Below are positions 41,217-51,022 of a DNA stretch of 64,000 nt, one piece after another; positions within the stretch are counted from its first letter, which is position 1, and the number at the start of each line of letters is the position of its first letter. The notes beneath the pieces are model-generated. The model did no database searches and had not been told where the DNA came from. It saw nothing but the letters and a program-made list of their open reading frames with translations. Origin of the DNA: Chitinivibrionales bacterium (GTDB lineage Bacteria > Fibrobacterota > Chitinivibrionia > Chitinivibrionales > WJKA01); assembly GCA_038247415.1 (NCBI GenBank), contig JBBRUX010000001.1:77445-141444 (forward strand). The letters run 5' to 3'. A program made the translations under genes and the position numbers.

Positions 41217-42170
41217 ATGCAAAATTTCAACCTCTTTAAAAACAAACTCATTTCTGCACCCCTTGCCGGAATAACAGACTCGGTATTTAGGCAAATATGC
41301 AAAAGCCATGGGGCCGATATGGTTGTATCCGAGATGGTTAGTGTTGAAGGATTAATCCGCAACGCCCCCAACACAGACTCCCTTCTGGCCTTTGAGCCAA
41401 TGGAACGACCCTTAGGTATCCAGCTTTTTGGGGGCGATCCTGCATCATTTGAAACTTCTGTTAAAATTCTTGCCGATACAATAGTACCCGATTTTATAGA
41501 TCTTAACAGTGGCTGCCCTGTTCCCAAGGTAATTAAAAAGAATGGTGGCGCGGCGCTTTTGCGCGATGCCCCCCGGTTTGCAGCCATAGTTCGCGCAATG
41601 GTAAAGTCTTCATCAATTCCTATTTCGGTAAAAATTCGCTGTGGCTGGCATGCCGGAGACTATGTAGATGTCGAGTTTGCAAAAATTGCCGAAAGTGAAG
41701 GAGCGAGTGCGGTTGTGCTGCACCCCCGATTCAGAAGCCAGATGTTTAGCGGAAAAGCCGACTGGAACCGTATTGCAGTAGTCAAAGATGCACTTTCGAT
41801 TCCGGTTGTTGGCAATGGAGATATTGTTACACCACACGATGCGATTGCCATGCATGCCCAAACAAACTGCGACTCGATCATGATTGGCAGAGGCATTTTG
41901 GGGCATCCTTGGCTTTTCAATCAGATAAAAGCACTGAGAAACAACGAATCACCAGAGCCTCCAAACAATGCTCATAAACGTGGGGTAGCGCTTGCTCATT
42001 TGAAAAGACATACGGAACTCTATAGCGAACGATCTGCTATTCGGGAATGGAAAAAACACGCTGCATGGTATATACGAGGATGCCCCGAAGCCGCAATCTT
42101 AAGGGGTAAAGCATTTTCGGCACATTCCCTCGCCACGCTTACCGAGGTGATGTGTAAGGCTTTTGAATAG
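41217..42170 (+). CDS. dusB: tRNA-dihydrouridine synthase B
   Basis: APLAGITD, SEMVS, QLFG, DLNSGCP, VKIRCGW, NGDI, MIGRG. Confidence 0.93.
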   Translation: MQNFNLFKNKLISAPLAGITDSVFRQICKSHGADMVVSEMVSVEGLIRNAPNTDSLLAFEPMERPLGIQLFGGDPASFETSVKILADTIVPDFIDLNSGCPVPKVIKKNGGAALLRDAPRFAAIVRAMVKSSSIPISVKIRCGWHAGDYVDVEFAKIAESEGASAVVLHPRFRSQMFSGKADWNRIAVVKDALSIPVVGNGDIVTPHDAIAMHAQTNCDSIMIGRGILGHPWLFNQIKALRNNESPEPPNNAHKRGVALAHLKRHTELYSERSAIREWKKHAAWYIRGCPEAAILRGKAFSAHSLATLTEVMCKAFE

Positions 42171-42208
42171 CATAAGCCACACAAGTGCGCCTTGCAAGGC
42201 GCACGTAC

Positions 42209-42250
42209 AAAAAAAAGGCCCCAGATCCAAAGGATCTGGGGCCTTTTTTT
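42209..42250. terminator. Bidirectional intrinsic terminator
   Basis: A-tract-GGCCCCAGATCC-aaa-GGATCTGGGGCC-T-tract between convergent genes; preceded by the palindrome GTGCGCCTTGCAAGGCGCAC (42185-42204). Confidence 0.9.
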
Positions 42251-42272
42251 AATTATGCTTTAGGGAAAAATA

Positions 42273-43322
42273 TTACTGAAAATACTTTTCTGACAAGTGA
42301 CCATCGGTACGATAGATAATCTTTTTAACAGCAGCATCGAGTGGTGGAAATGAAAGCACAAGTTTTGTGGTTTCTTTCTTCTGTTCGAGAAATTCTGGTT
42401 CGATCTTGCTTGAAGGAAGTGCTGCAACTTCTTTGCCATTGATATCAACTAAATAAAAATCCTTAGCATACAACCGCAGAGGATTATACGAAAAGTTGAT
42501 CATATTGACAAAATAGGTGCTTTTGAGCATCGAAGAAATCTTGATGTGAATATCATTTATTGCGATTTTGCGATAAATACTCGTGTCACCCAAGTCATCT
42601 AATACTGCATCGTAAGCACTGTAATAGCTCACCGTTTCTTTGCGAGTTTTGGCAAGAAGCGAATCGGCTTCTGCATTTTTTGCATCAAACAAAAGAACCA
42701 TCTTAAGACCGTATTCGGCTTTAATAAGAGCACGAGCCTTAACATCCTTATCTTTTTCATCTGCTATTGAAGCTATATCGCTCTTTGCCATTTCGAGTTG
42801 TTCAACAATAATCCTCTGGAGCATAGCCGATTTACGCGCTGCAATAGCCGTAGGATCAACTGCAACCCCAGCAGCCTTATCTGCAAATGCAACAGCATCG
42901 GAAACTTTACCGTGTGCAAACTGCGAATCGGCCATAGTTACTAAAAAGAGCGCATATTTCTGCTTGAGATCGGGAGTAACCTCTGGTGTAATAAGACTAT
43001 CGATATCCAGAATAAAAAATGAGAGCGCGCCCATACCGGAACTACCATCAGCAAGCATCAGGTCTCCGCGATTTACGGTTGTCTCGATAAATCGATTGCG
43101 AAGACGTGTATTAATAAGTGCTTTATTGCGAAACTTTTTAGTCGCTTGCAGATAATTTACATACGCCTGCTTTTCAAGAAGCCGTTTCTGCGCGCCACTC
43201 GAGCCTTTCGCACGATTATATGCAGAATCTCCGTCACCTTCAAAATTAACCCCGCACGATACAACCATCATCAAAGCGCTTAACCCGATCACCACTTTGC
43301 CAAACGTTCCAAACAACTTCAT
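42273..43322 (-). CDS. Hypothetical lipoprotein
   Basis: GGAGG RBS; signal peptide ending VVSC; helical, TPR-like body. Confidence 0.7.
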   Translation of the reverse strand: MKLFGTFGKVVIGLSALMMVVSCGVNFEGDGDSAYNRAKGSSGAQKRLLEKQAYVNYLQATKKFRNKALINTRLRNRFIETTVNRGDLMLADGSSGMGALSFFILDIDSLITPEVTPDLKQKYALFLVTMADSQFAHGKVSDAVAFADKAAGVAVDPTAIAARKSAMLQRIIVEQLEMAKSDIASIADEKDKDVKARALIKAEYGLKMVLLFDAKNAEADSLLAKTRKETVSYYSAYDAVLDDLGDTSIYRKIAINDIHIKISSMLKSTYFVNMINFSYNPLRLYAKDFYLVDINGKEVAALPSSKIEPEFLEQKKETTKLVLSFPPLDAAVKKIIYRTDGHLSEKYFQ

Positions 43323-43400
43323 GGAGCCCTCCTTAAAAATGAATAACATAAAGATGTTTTATTCCCTCAAAGGTGTCAACAGGAATACTATTTTTGCTAA

Positions 43401-44735
43401 ATGATGAATACAATTTCTACGCCAGAACTCGACGCCGCAACTCAAATTGTGCGTATTCTCACGCAAAACGGCTATAAAGCACTTTTTGCTGGAGGCTGCG
43501 TGCGCGACAGACTTCTGGGGAATTCCTCAAGTAGCGACATCGACATCGCAACCAATGCCACGCCCTCCACCATAGCGTCGCTCTTTGCCCACGTCATTGG
43601 AGTTGGAGAAGCATTCGGCGTTATGCTCGTTATGATCGATGGAATGCCCTTTGAAGTTGCCACGTTTCGTAGCGACATTGGCATCTCCGACGGCCGCCAT
43701 CCTGCGTCAGTTGTCTTTACTGATGATATAACCGATGCCAAACGCCGCGACTTTACCATCAATGGAATGTTTTACGATCCACTTACCGATACAATATTAG
43801 ATTATGTAGATGGTCAAAAAGATCTGGCGCAAGGAATAATAAAAGCTATTGGGGATCCAACGCTCCGGTTTTCGGAGGATTACCTTCGAATGCTACGGGC
43901 AGTCCGTTTTGCAACACGGTTTAATTTTATCCTCGAAGAAAAAACGCGCGATGCGATTGTGCCTTTAGCCGCTCGCATAACCAGTATCTCAGCCGAAAGA
44001 ATTTTCACCGAACTCACCAAAATGATTACAGGGCCTACACCCAATAAAGCAATTGAGCTCTTAGATACCACGGGTCTGCTCCCTCACATTCTTCCCGAAG
44101 TTGCAGCACTCAAGGGCGTGACTCAGCCAGAAGCATATCACCCCGAAGGCGATGTCTTGGTTCACACGATAATAGCACTGAGCCACATTAAAGACCCGAC
44201 CCCGACGCTTGCCTGGGCAACCCTATTGCACGATATTGGCAAACCTAAAACTCGCACCGTTACCGATAGAATCCGGTTTAATAATCACGATCACGTTGGT
44301 GCGCGTATGGCTCAAGATTTACTTTTACGACTTAAGGCCCCAACCGCTCTTATTGATTCAGTTGTGGCATGTATCGACAATCACATGAATTTCATCAACG
44401 TTACCAATATGCGGCTCTCTACGCTCAAACGTTTTTTATCGCGTTCCACCCTACCCGACGAACTCGACCTTCACAAAGCGGATTGCGCAGCTTCACATGG
44501 AGATATAAGCAACTATACCTTTCTCGTTGCGCAAAAAGAAGCCATGGGCCCTGAAGTTTTTTCCCCTCCCCCTCTTATCCGGGGTGCCGATCTTATTTCC
44601 CTGGGGCTCAAGCCTGGCCCGCTGTTTGGGAGTATACTTTCGGAAGTGTATGATTTGCAGCTTGAGAATGAATTACTAACTAAAGATGCTGCAATTAGGT
44701 TTGTGGTTCAAAATTTCTGTCAAGAACAAATATAA
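43401..44735 (+). CDS. cca: CCA tRNA nucleotidyltransferase with HD domain
   Basis: GGCVRD, DIDIAT, EVATFR, RRDFTIN, EDYLRMLR, ERI, HPEGDV, LLHDIGK. Confidence 0.88.
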   Translation: MMNTISTPELDAATQIVRILTQNGYKALFAGGCVRDRLLGNSSSSDIDIATNATPSTIASLFAHVIGVGEAFGVMLVMIDGMPFEVATFRSDIGISDGRHPASVVFTDDITDAKRRDFTINGMFYDPLTDTILDYVDGQKDLAQGIIKAIGDPTLRFSEDYLRMLRAVRFATRFNFILEEKTRDAIVPLAARITSISAERIFTELTKMITGPTPNKAIELLDTTGLLPHILPEVAALKGVTQPEAYHPEGDVLVHTIIALSHIKDPTPTLAWATLLHDIGKPKTRTVTDRIRFNNHDHVGARMAQDLLLRLKAPTALIDSVVACIDNHMNFINVTNMRLSTLKRFLSRSTLPDELDLHKADCAASHGDISNYTFLVAQKEAMGPEVFSPPPLIRGADLISLGLKPGPLFGSILSEVYDLQLENELLTKDAAIRFVVQNFCQEQI

Positions 44736-44757
44736 GATTAAGAATTTAAAGAATTAA

Positions 44758-44787
44758 GATTTAAAGGGCTCGGTAGCCCTTTAAATC
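44758..44787. terminator. Perfect 13-bp hairpin downstream of cca
   Basis: GATTTAAAGGGCT-cggt-AGCCCTTTAAATC. Confidence 0.55.
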
Positions 44788-44850
44788 CAACTTGGAAAAT
44801 GCTTTCCTTGATAGCCCAACCCCCTACCCCCACACTTGGGGTTTACAAAA

Positions 44851-45051
44851 CATAAGAGAATACTTATGATTCCTGTGCGGGTTTTGTAGTGCTCTTATGC
44901 ACGAGGGAGGACTGAAAGGTGACGGCCAAACGGAGTGCGGCTATCCGTCTGAAGAGACCCAGGCACGCAGTGCCGTAGGGATTGACAGACCGGCTCATGA
45001 AGCGGGGGCCTGAAAGGAGGCCCGACGGCGCTCTTGGCGCCGGCGTGCCCA
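44851..45051 (+). ncRNA. Putative structured RNA/repeat element
   Basis: GC-rich stretch in AT-rich intergenic DNA with five short stem-loops (see findings); strand is a guess. Confidence 0.45.
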
Positions 45052-45138
45052 GATTCTTATTCTTTTATATTTTTATTTCTTAAATTTAATACAACTTCAC
45101 CCTCTTCATTTTAATATTTTAATGATACACTTAATTTC

Positions 45139-45153
45139 TGGCACAATAATTGT
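45139..45153 (+). promoter_or_regulatory. Sigma54-like -24/-12 site upstream of rpoN
   Basis: TGGCAC-AATAA-TTGT against consensus TGGCAC-N5-TTGC. Confidence 0.5.
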
Positions 45154-45189
45154 TTGTTACTTTGATAATCTTGCAGGTGAGGTTTTCGC

Positions 45190-46650
45190 GTGAATCTTAG
45201 TCTTGACATGTCTTTAAGGCTTCAGCAGAAGCTTTCGTTTCAAATGATCCAGTCTCTCAAGCTGTTGCAAGTAAACACCTTACAGCTCGAGCAGTTGATG
45301 CGCACCGAAATGGAACTTAATCCCATACTGGAACTCTCCGACGACTTAGATGTTGAACAAGAAACCGAGCAAGAACTCGACGAAAACAAGGAAGACGAAA
45401 AAGCCGATAAAGAAGAAGTAGCAGAAAAGACGGACGAACCTCTCGAAGAATTAGAGGCTGCCGAAGATAAAATCGACTGGGAAGAATATTTAGACGAAGG
45501 GTTTGAGCTCTCCCCACGAACAGGCGAAGAAGAAAAACCCGATAGCGACAAGTGGGAATCTCCTGTTGTATATCAGCAATCGCTTATCGAATATTTAGAG
45601 AATCAGCTTGCCGAAAAATCTATGCCCGACGAGCAAAAGCTTCTTGTGCAGTTTCTCATTGGCTCGCTCGATTCTGATGGATATTTACGTATAAGTTTTG
45701 AGAATATCGCCGAAGTGGCCCACACATCTACGTATGATGTAATAGAAGCGCTCAATATTATTTGGAACATGGATCCTGCGGGTATCGGAGCACGGTCGCT
45801 GGCAGAATGCTTGAGTCTTCAGCTCAAAGCACGCAAACTCACCGATTCATTAGCCATGCGCATTATTACCCAGGCGTGGGATTTGTTTGAAAAAGTGAAA
45901 ATTCCTGATATTGCCCATCGACTGGGCGTTGACATGACAGAGCTTCAACAAGCTCTCGAAGTTATAAAAACGCTCAATCCAAAACCAGGATATTCTATAA
46001 GCCCCGAGCGCCCTGCTGTTATTATTCCCGATCTGATTGTAGAAAAAGTGGATGGCGAATTTATTGTTATGCTTAACGACCGCAGCATTCCCTCACTTCG
46101 AATCAATAAAGGGTACGCGCAGATGATCCGTAGGGGATCGACGGCCAAAGAAGATATAAAAAAATATGTGCGCGAAAAATTAAATGGCGCAACATGGCTG
46201 ATTCGATCTATCGAACAGCGAAAATCGACCATGATAAAAGTGATGTACGCTATTCTCGAAAAGCAAAAGATATTCTTTGAAAAAGGCCCGCCCAATTTGG
46301 CGCCGCTCAAGCTTCAAGATATTGCTGATATGATCAGTATGCATATATCAACGGTAAGCCGGGTAACCAGTAACAAATATGTGCAAACACCCCATGGCAT
46401 TTACGAACTCAAGTACTTCTTTACAGAAGCTATGGGACAAGATTCCGAAGGCCTAGACCTGAGTGCCGAGCGCATTAAAAATCGCATTAAGGAATTATGC
46501 TCGAGCGAGAATACTTCCAAACCCCTTTCGGACCAGAAGCTTTCGGATATTCTTGGGCGCGAAGGCATGACCGTAGCACGCAGAACAGTTGCCAAGTATC
46601 GTGAACAGCTCAAGATTCTTCCTGCTCGAATGAGACAAAAATATGCCTGA
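45190..46650 (+). CDS. rpoN: RNA polymerase sigma-54 factor
   Basis: Q/L-rich region I, NPILEL, HISTVSRV, KPLSDQKL, RpoN box ARRTVAKYR. Confidence 0.97.
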   Translation: MNLSLDMSLRLQQKLSFQMIQSLKLLQVNTLQLEQLMRTEMELNPILELSDDLDVEQETEQELDENKEDEKADKEEVAEKTDEPLEELEAAEDKIDWEEYLDEGFELSPRTGEEEKPDSDKWESPVVYQQSLIEYLENQLAEKSMPDEQKLLVQFLIGSLDSDGYLRISFENIAEVAHTSTYDVIEALNIIWNMDPAGIGARSLAECLSLQLKARKLTDSLAMRIITQAWDLFEKVKIPDIAHRLGVDMTELQQALEVIKTLNPKPGYSISPERPAVIIPDLIVEKVDGEFIVMLNDRSIPSLRINKGYAQMIRRGSTAKEDIKKYVREKLNGATWLIRSIEQRKSTMIKVMYAILEKQKIFFEKGPPNLAPLKLQDIADMISMHISTVSRVTSNKYVQTPHGIYELKYFFTEAMGQDSEGLDLSAERIKNRIKELCSSENTSKPLSDQKLSDILGREGMTVARRTVAKYREQLKILPARMRQKYA

Positions 46651-47548
46651 TCTACCTCCTAAAAACTCACTGCGCATGCCGGTTTGGCTCAAACGACACG
46701 TACCAAACTCGGGCAAAAAAGAAGCGGTGAGTTCCGAGATTGCGAAACGAAATTTACATACGGTATGCGACGAAGCCAAATGCCCTAATCGCGGAGAGTG
46801 CTTTTCAAAAGGGACTGCAACATTTTTAATTCTTGGCGATGTATGCTCACGCAATTGTACTTTTTGCAGCGTCTCGCAAGGCATGCCAAAACCACCCGAT
46901 CCCTTAGAGCCTCGTAATATCGTTGAAGCTGCGCTAACACTTCGGCTCACGTATGTCGTAATAACCTCTGTTACGCGCGACGACCTTCCCGATGGCGGGG
47001 CTCATCACTTCGCACACTGTATATCGAGTCTCAAAGAAACAATACCCGGAATAGGTGTAGAAGTACTGATCCCCGATCTCAAAGGAGACGCTCAGTCGCT
47101 TGACATTGTGCTTTGTGCAAAACCCGATGTCTTTAACCATAACATCGAAACGGTACCATCGCTCTACCCAACAATTCGTCCAATGGCCGAATATAAACGG
47201 TCGCTTGACGTATTATCATATGCAGCACATTATGCTCTTCGTCCACACGTGAAATCGGGGCTTATGGTAGGGCTCGGAGAAACACCCTTTGAGGTTGAGA
47301 AAACACTGCGTGATATTTTTGCAGCAGGTGTCGACATCATCACCATCGGACAATATCTCCGCCCTTCCCCAACTCGTGCGCCAGTGGTAGAATATATAAC
47401 ACCCGATCAATTCGATAGGTATGCGTCTTTATGCAAGGAAATAGGGTTTAAAAAAGTTTTTTGCGGTCCCTTTGTTCGATCCTCGTATCACGCGCAGGAT
47501 ATCGCATCGATGGCCGACAAAACAATTATTCAAGCATCGCCGATTTAA
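46643..47548 (+). CDS. lipA: Lipoyl synthase
   Basis: CDEAKCPNRGEC, CSRNCTFC, VTRDDL, NHNIETV, GQYLRP, RSSY. Confidence 0.96.
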   Translation: MPDLPPKNSLRMPVWLKRHVPNSGKKEAVSSEIAKRNLHTVCDEAKCPNRGECFSKGTATFLILGDVCSRNCTFCSVSQGMPKPPDPLEPRNIVEAALTLRLTYVVITSVTRDDLPDGGAHHFAHCISSLKETIPGIGVEVLIPDLKGDAQSLDIVLCAKPDVFNHNIETVPSLYPTIRPMAEYKRSLDVLSYAAHYALRPHVKSGLMVGLGETPFEVEKTLRDIFAAGVDIITIGQYLRPSPTRAPVVEYITPDQFDRYASLCKEIGFKKVFCGPFVRSSYHAQDIASMADKTIIQASPI

Positions 47549-47570
47549 CCAATAGAAGAAAGGCTCGAAA

Positions 47571-47915
47571 ATGGAAATCCAAATCACCACTCGCCATGCT
47601 GCAACAAAGACATCTGATGGACTTAAGCAGACAATTATGGATGAGCTTGCAGGCGTAGAAAAATTTTACGACAAAATCACCTCGTGCCATGTCATTCTCG
47701 ACTCGGAGTCAACCGATAAAACAGTCGAAATTGTAATGAATGTACAAAGCCACACCGTGACAGCTCTTGGCAAAGCGGAAAAAATTGGCAAAGCACTCGA
47801 CGAAGCTCTCGAGAAGGTCTCTCGCCAGCTTAAAAAGATTAATGAGAAAGTTAAGAGCCATAAGGCTACAAAACCGGAATACGATACAATCGTTCCGATT
47901 CCAGACGAAGCATAA
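47571..47915 (+). CDS. hpf: Ribosome hibernation promoting factor (short HPF/RaiA)
   Basis: MEIQITTRH, ALDEALEKVSRQLKK; downstream of rpoN. Confidence 0.88.
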   Translation: MEIQITTRHAATKTSDGLKQTIMDELAGVEKFYDKITSCHVILDSESTDKTVEIVMNVQSHTVTALGKAEKIGKALDEALEKVSRQLKKINEKVKSHKATKPEYDTIVPIPDEA

Positions 47916-47938
47916 ACAAGCAGATCAATGATAAGAAC

Positions 47939-47967
47939 AAAAAAGGGGCCATCTGGCCCCTTTTTTT
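47939..47967. terminator. Intrinsic terminator after hpf
   Basis: AAAAGGGGCC-atct-GGCCCCTTTTTTT. Confidence 0.88.
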
Positions 47968-48327
47968 ATTCCCGTGCCCCCCATTGCATCCTTAAATCTA
48001 CTCGTACATTTAGATCCCAAATATTCTGTAAATAGAAAAAAAGATTCCCCTATCAATTCACCAGTATAGAATATCGCCTCGAAGGGGATTTCCTATTAAT
48101 GGATAGTATTTCTAAAAGCACTTATTTCAGAAATTTGGCTTAGGGGTGACTAAAAAAAAGATCCGCTGTTTTTTTTCATGTGAATGGTCAATATAGCTAG
48201 CAGACAGCTCGATAGAAAACAAAAAAAATTAGCGCAGATACAATCAAAGGGGATGAATGATGATTGAGATATTGAGCGTATCTTAAAGCGATATTAAAAT
48301 GTGCTTTCGTTCCTTGTAAACAAGCAT

Positions 48328-49116
48328 TTAATGACTATGAACATGACTCGTATGCAGGTGTCGATGCACGTGGGTGTGAATAAGATTATGGCTTTGGAGA
48401 AATGCAAAGTCGGTTAAAATCTCTTCTGGTTTACCACTGCGAATTATGGTCTTTTGTTCTCCAAACACATAAACGATATCGGCGATTTCTTCTACAATAT
48501 GTAAATCATGCGACGCCATGACAACAGTCTTGCCGCTTTTATGCGCTTGGTACAGAACTCCGATTATATCCCGCGTGGTTTGCGGATCGAGTCCCGCTGT
48601 TGGTTCATCAAGCAAAAGAACATCAGGTTCAATGATCAAGACCGATGCAATTGCGACCTTTTTTTTCTCACCAATACTTAATTGATAGGGAGAGCGCTCA
48701 ACCAGATGCTGGATGCGCATCTGTTCGACAACTGCCTCAAATCGTCTTATACTTTCTTCTTTAGGCACCCCTAGCTGCAATGGCCCAAAGAGGATATCTT
48801 CTTTTACAGTTGGGCAAAAAAGTTGGATATCGGGATTTTGAAACACATAGCCAACCTTGGTTCTAAAATCTTTTTGAACTAACGCATCATTCATTCCCCT
48901 CTCCGTCAACTCTTTCCCCCATGCATGCATCGTACCCGTATCTGCAAATATCAATGCATCGAGAAGAGCGAGCAGTGTTGATTTGCCCGTTCCATTTGCC
49001 CCAATAATAGCCACCCGATCGCCTTGGGCTATTTCCAAATTGATCTGGTGCAGAGCAGAAATACTCCCCGGATATGCGTAGGAGACATTTTTTAATGTGT
49101 AAATTGGTTCAGCCAT
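48328..49116 (-). CDS. cbiO: ECF transporter ATPase (CbiO/NikO) with His-rich tail
   Basis: GANGTGKST, VFQNPDIQLF, LSIGEKKKV, DEPTAGLD; C-terminus HTHVHRHLHTSHVHSH. Confidence 0.9.
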   Translation of the reverse strand: MAEPIYTLKNVSYAYPGSISALHQINLEIAQGDRVAIIGANGTGKSTLLALLDALIFADTGTMHAWGKELTERGMNDALVQKDFRTKVGYVFQNPDIQLFCPTVKEDILFGPLQLGVPKEESIRRFEAVVEQMRIQHLVERSPYQLSIGEKKKVAIASVLIIEPDVLLLDEPTAGLDPQTTRDIIGVLYQAHKSGKTVVMASHDLHIVEEIADIVYVFGEQKTIIRSGKPEEILTDFAFLQSHNLIHTHVHRHLHTSHVHSH

Positions 49117-49952
49117 AAGGTTCCAATGAAAACGGTGCTTGAAAGTGCGAGTAGTAGGTAATCTTTGGGGCGTGCATGAAAGCTATTAAGGACCTGGGGT
49201 TCGCCTGTGTATCCTCGAGAAAGCATTGCGCTATAGACATGCGTTTGAAGCCGATATGATTTAAGCCAAAGTCCAGCCATGTTAATGCCAACAATTCTGC
49301 GACCAGTTTTGGTTGACGTAACATATCCTACGCGGCTTTTAATGGCAACAAATGTATTTTGTACTATATCAAGAAGAAGATAGATATAGCGATAGGTCAT
49401 ACCCATGGTCATTACAAAGAGTTGAGGAACCCGAAAGATCCGCAGAACTTTGAGCAGCACATGTTGCCGCGTGGTTAAAACAAGGAGTGTGGCAAATGAC
49501 ACAGAAGTAAGCACCCGCATAAAAAAGATTGCAGCAGAATCGATTCCTTGCCTGGTTATGCTCAGGTCAAATGAGAATACCTTAAAAGCATAAACCGGAT
49601 CTCCCGGGGTAACATTATTAAAAATAGCGGGCAAAACTATAAACAGTGAGAATAGTGGAATGAAGAGGAGCGTACGCTTGAGAAAGAAACCAAGATGTAT
49701 AGCAGACGCACTTGTCAAAATAAGGCAAGCCAGATACAAGAAACTCAACTGTAAAATACTCTTTGTTAACAATATGCATCCAAGAAAGAGGAATATGCTT
49801 ATGCATGTAAGCCTAGGATCACATCCTTGCAAGAGCCCTTTCCTCGAAGCAATTTCTTCATTGGATATAGTTTCTTTCAATAAAAAGATTATGCCTTGCA
49901 ATGTGCGTTCAACAATCCCGTTTGTCTTAGTATGTGGCGCGGTCGTACACAT
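49092..49952 (-). CDS. cbiQ: ECF transporter T component (CbiQ/NikQ)
   Basis: LQGCDPR, YRYIYLL, KSR and AMLSRGY motifs. Confidence 0.9.
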   Translation of the reverse strand: MCTTAPHTKTNGIVERTLQGIIFLLKETISNEEIASRKGLLQGCDPRLTCISIFLFLGCILLTKSILQLSFLYLACLILTSASAIHLGFFLKRTLLFIPLFSLFIVLPAIFNNVTPGDPVYAFKVFSFDLSITRQGIDSAAIFFMRVLTSVSFATLLVLTTRQHVLLKVLRIFRVPQLFVMTMGMTYRYIYLLLDIVQNTFVAIKSRVGYVTSTKTGRRIVGINMAGLWLKSYRLQTHVYSAMLSRGYTGEPQVLNSFHARPKDYLLLALSSTVFIGTLWLNQFTH

Positions 49953-49954
49953 TG

Positions 49955-50290
49955 CTAGTTTTCTTTTTTAGAAAGTATTGTACCGAGTAGATATGCGCCA
50001 CCAACACAGAGCGCGATACCAATAATAGCAGACAGAATATACGCAAAACTCAAGTGTCCAAGCCCCTTTTCTTCCCAGCCTTTCAAAGCATAATCGGGGA
50101 GTATTGCATTCCATAGTGTCGAAAGTTTTTGCAATCCACTTGGTATATATCCAATCAAGCCCTGCATCTCATCTGCACCCCATTCTCCCCACGCTGATCC
50201 GGCTTTAAGTTTTTCTGGTAAGTAAAGACCAATGGGTGAAGCAACAGCTAGTATGCCAACTCCTATCCAAAGTTTGGTTATTGTTTTCAT
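49955..50290 (-). CDS. PDGLE/NikN-like ECF accessory component
   Basis: Two TM helices flanking AWGEWG...LPDY. Confidence 0.75.
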   Translation of the reverse strand: MKTITKLWIGVGILAVASPIGLYLPEKLKAGSAWGEWGADEMQGLIGYIPSGLQKLSTLWNAILPDYALKGWEEKGLGHLSFAYILSAIIGIALCVGGAYLLGTILSKKEN

Positions 50291-50292
50291 TC

Positions 50293-50976
50293 TTACGGCT
50301 TCGCTCCTATTTCCAAAAGTGAAGGTTCCTGTTTTTGCAAATATTTAACAACAAGCGCCGTGACAATTAATTCTATCCATCCAAAAACTAACACGTGTTC
50401 TCCTACCATTGCAGTAATGGCAACCTTCCACCCATAGGGGCAATAAAGCGATTGACCCGATGCGGTATGGTGCAAAAAAGGCTGCAAACCAAATTCGAAG
50501 CCAGCACACAGCGATGCAACAACAAGCCCGATGTATCCTGCGATGCCAGCTGCAACAACTCGACGAGTTGAGTTCGTTGCACTTCCCCCGCTTATTAGTC
50601 TGTAAACTCCATATCCGACAAACGGCATAACAAATGCCATATTAAAGCAATTGGCACCGATTGCCGTTATTCCCCCATCACCGAATAATAATGCCTGAAT
50701 GACCAACGCCACAGTCACAGCAATAGTGGCTGCCCAAGGGCCAAGCAAGAGAGCCACAAGCACAGCACCAACAGCATGACCACTTGTCCCGCCAGGTATT
50801 GGCACATTGAACATCATGATAACAAAGCTGAATGCAGCGCCGATGGCCAAAAGCGGTACCTGCTTTGCCTGAAGCGTTTTCTTGACTTTTCGCGAGGCAA
50901 TCGCCCACACTGGTGCCATTGCTGCATAGCCTGCAACACATGTTATGGGTCCGAGATATCCATCGGGTATGTGCAT
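50293..50976 (-). CDS. cbiM: ECF transporter S component (CbiM/NikM)
   Basis: N-terminal MHIPDGY, PGGTSGH, QALLFGDGGI; start ATG 50976. Confidence 0.93.
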   Translation of the reverse strand: MHIPDGYLGPITCVAGYAAMAPVWAIASRKVKKTLQAKQVPLLAIGAAFSFVIMMFNVPIPGGTSGHAVGAVLVALLLGPWAATIAVTVALVIQALLFGDGGITAIGANCFNMAFVMPFVGYGVYRLISGGSATNSTRRVVAAGIAGYIGLVVASLCAGFEFGLQPFLHHTASGQSLYCPYGWKVAITAMVGEHVLVFGWIELIVTALVVKYLQKQEPSLLEIGAKP

Positions 50977-51022
50977 TTTTGATTCCTTCTCTAAGCAAAA
51001 AAATATCATCTAAACAGTATCG

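Noticed and set aside
44915..44995. Hammerhead ribozyme (CTGAAGA core after a stem)
   Set aside because: The required GAAA reads GACA and no properly placed NUH/stem III was found. Kept only as a generic structured element.
47968..48327. AT-rich 360-nt gap between hpf and cbiO as a possible ncRNA or ORF
   Set aside because: No convincing stems, repeats or coding frame recognised.
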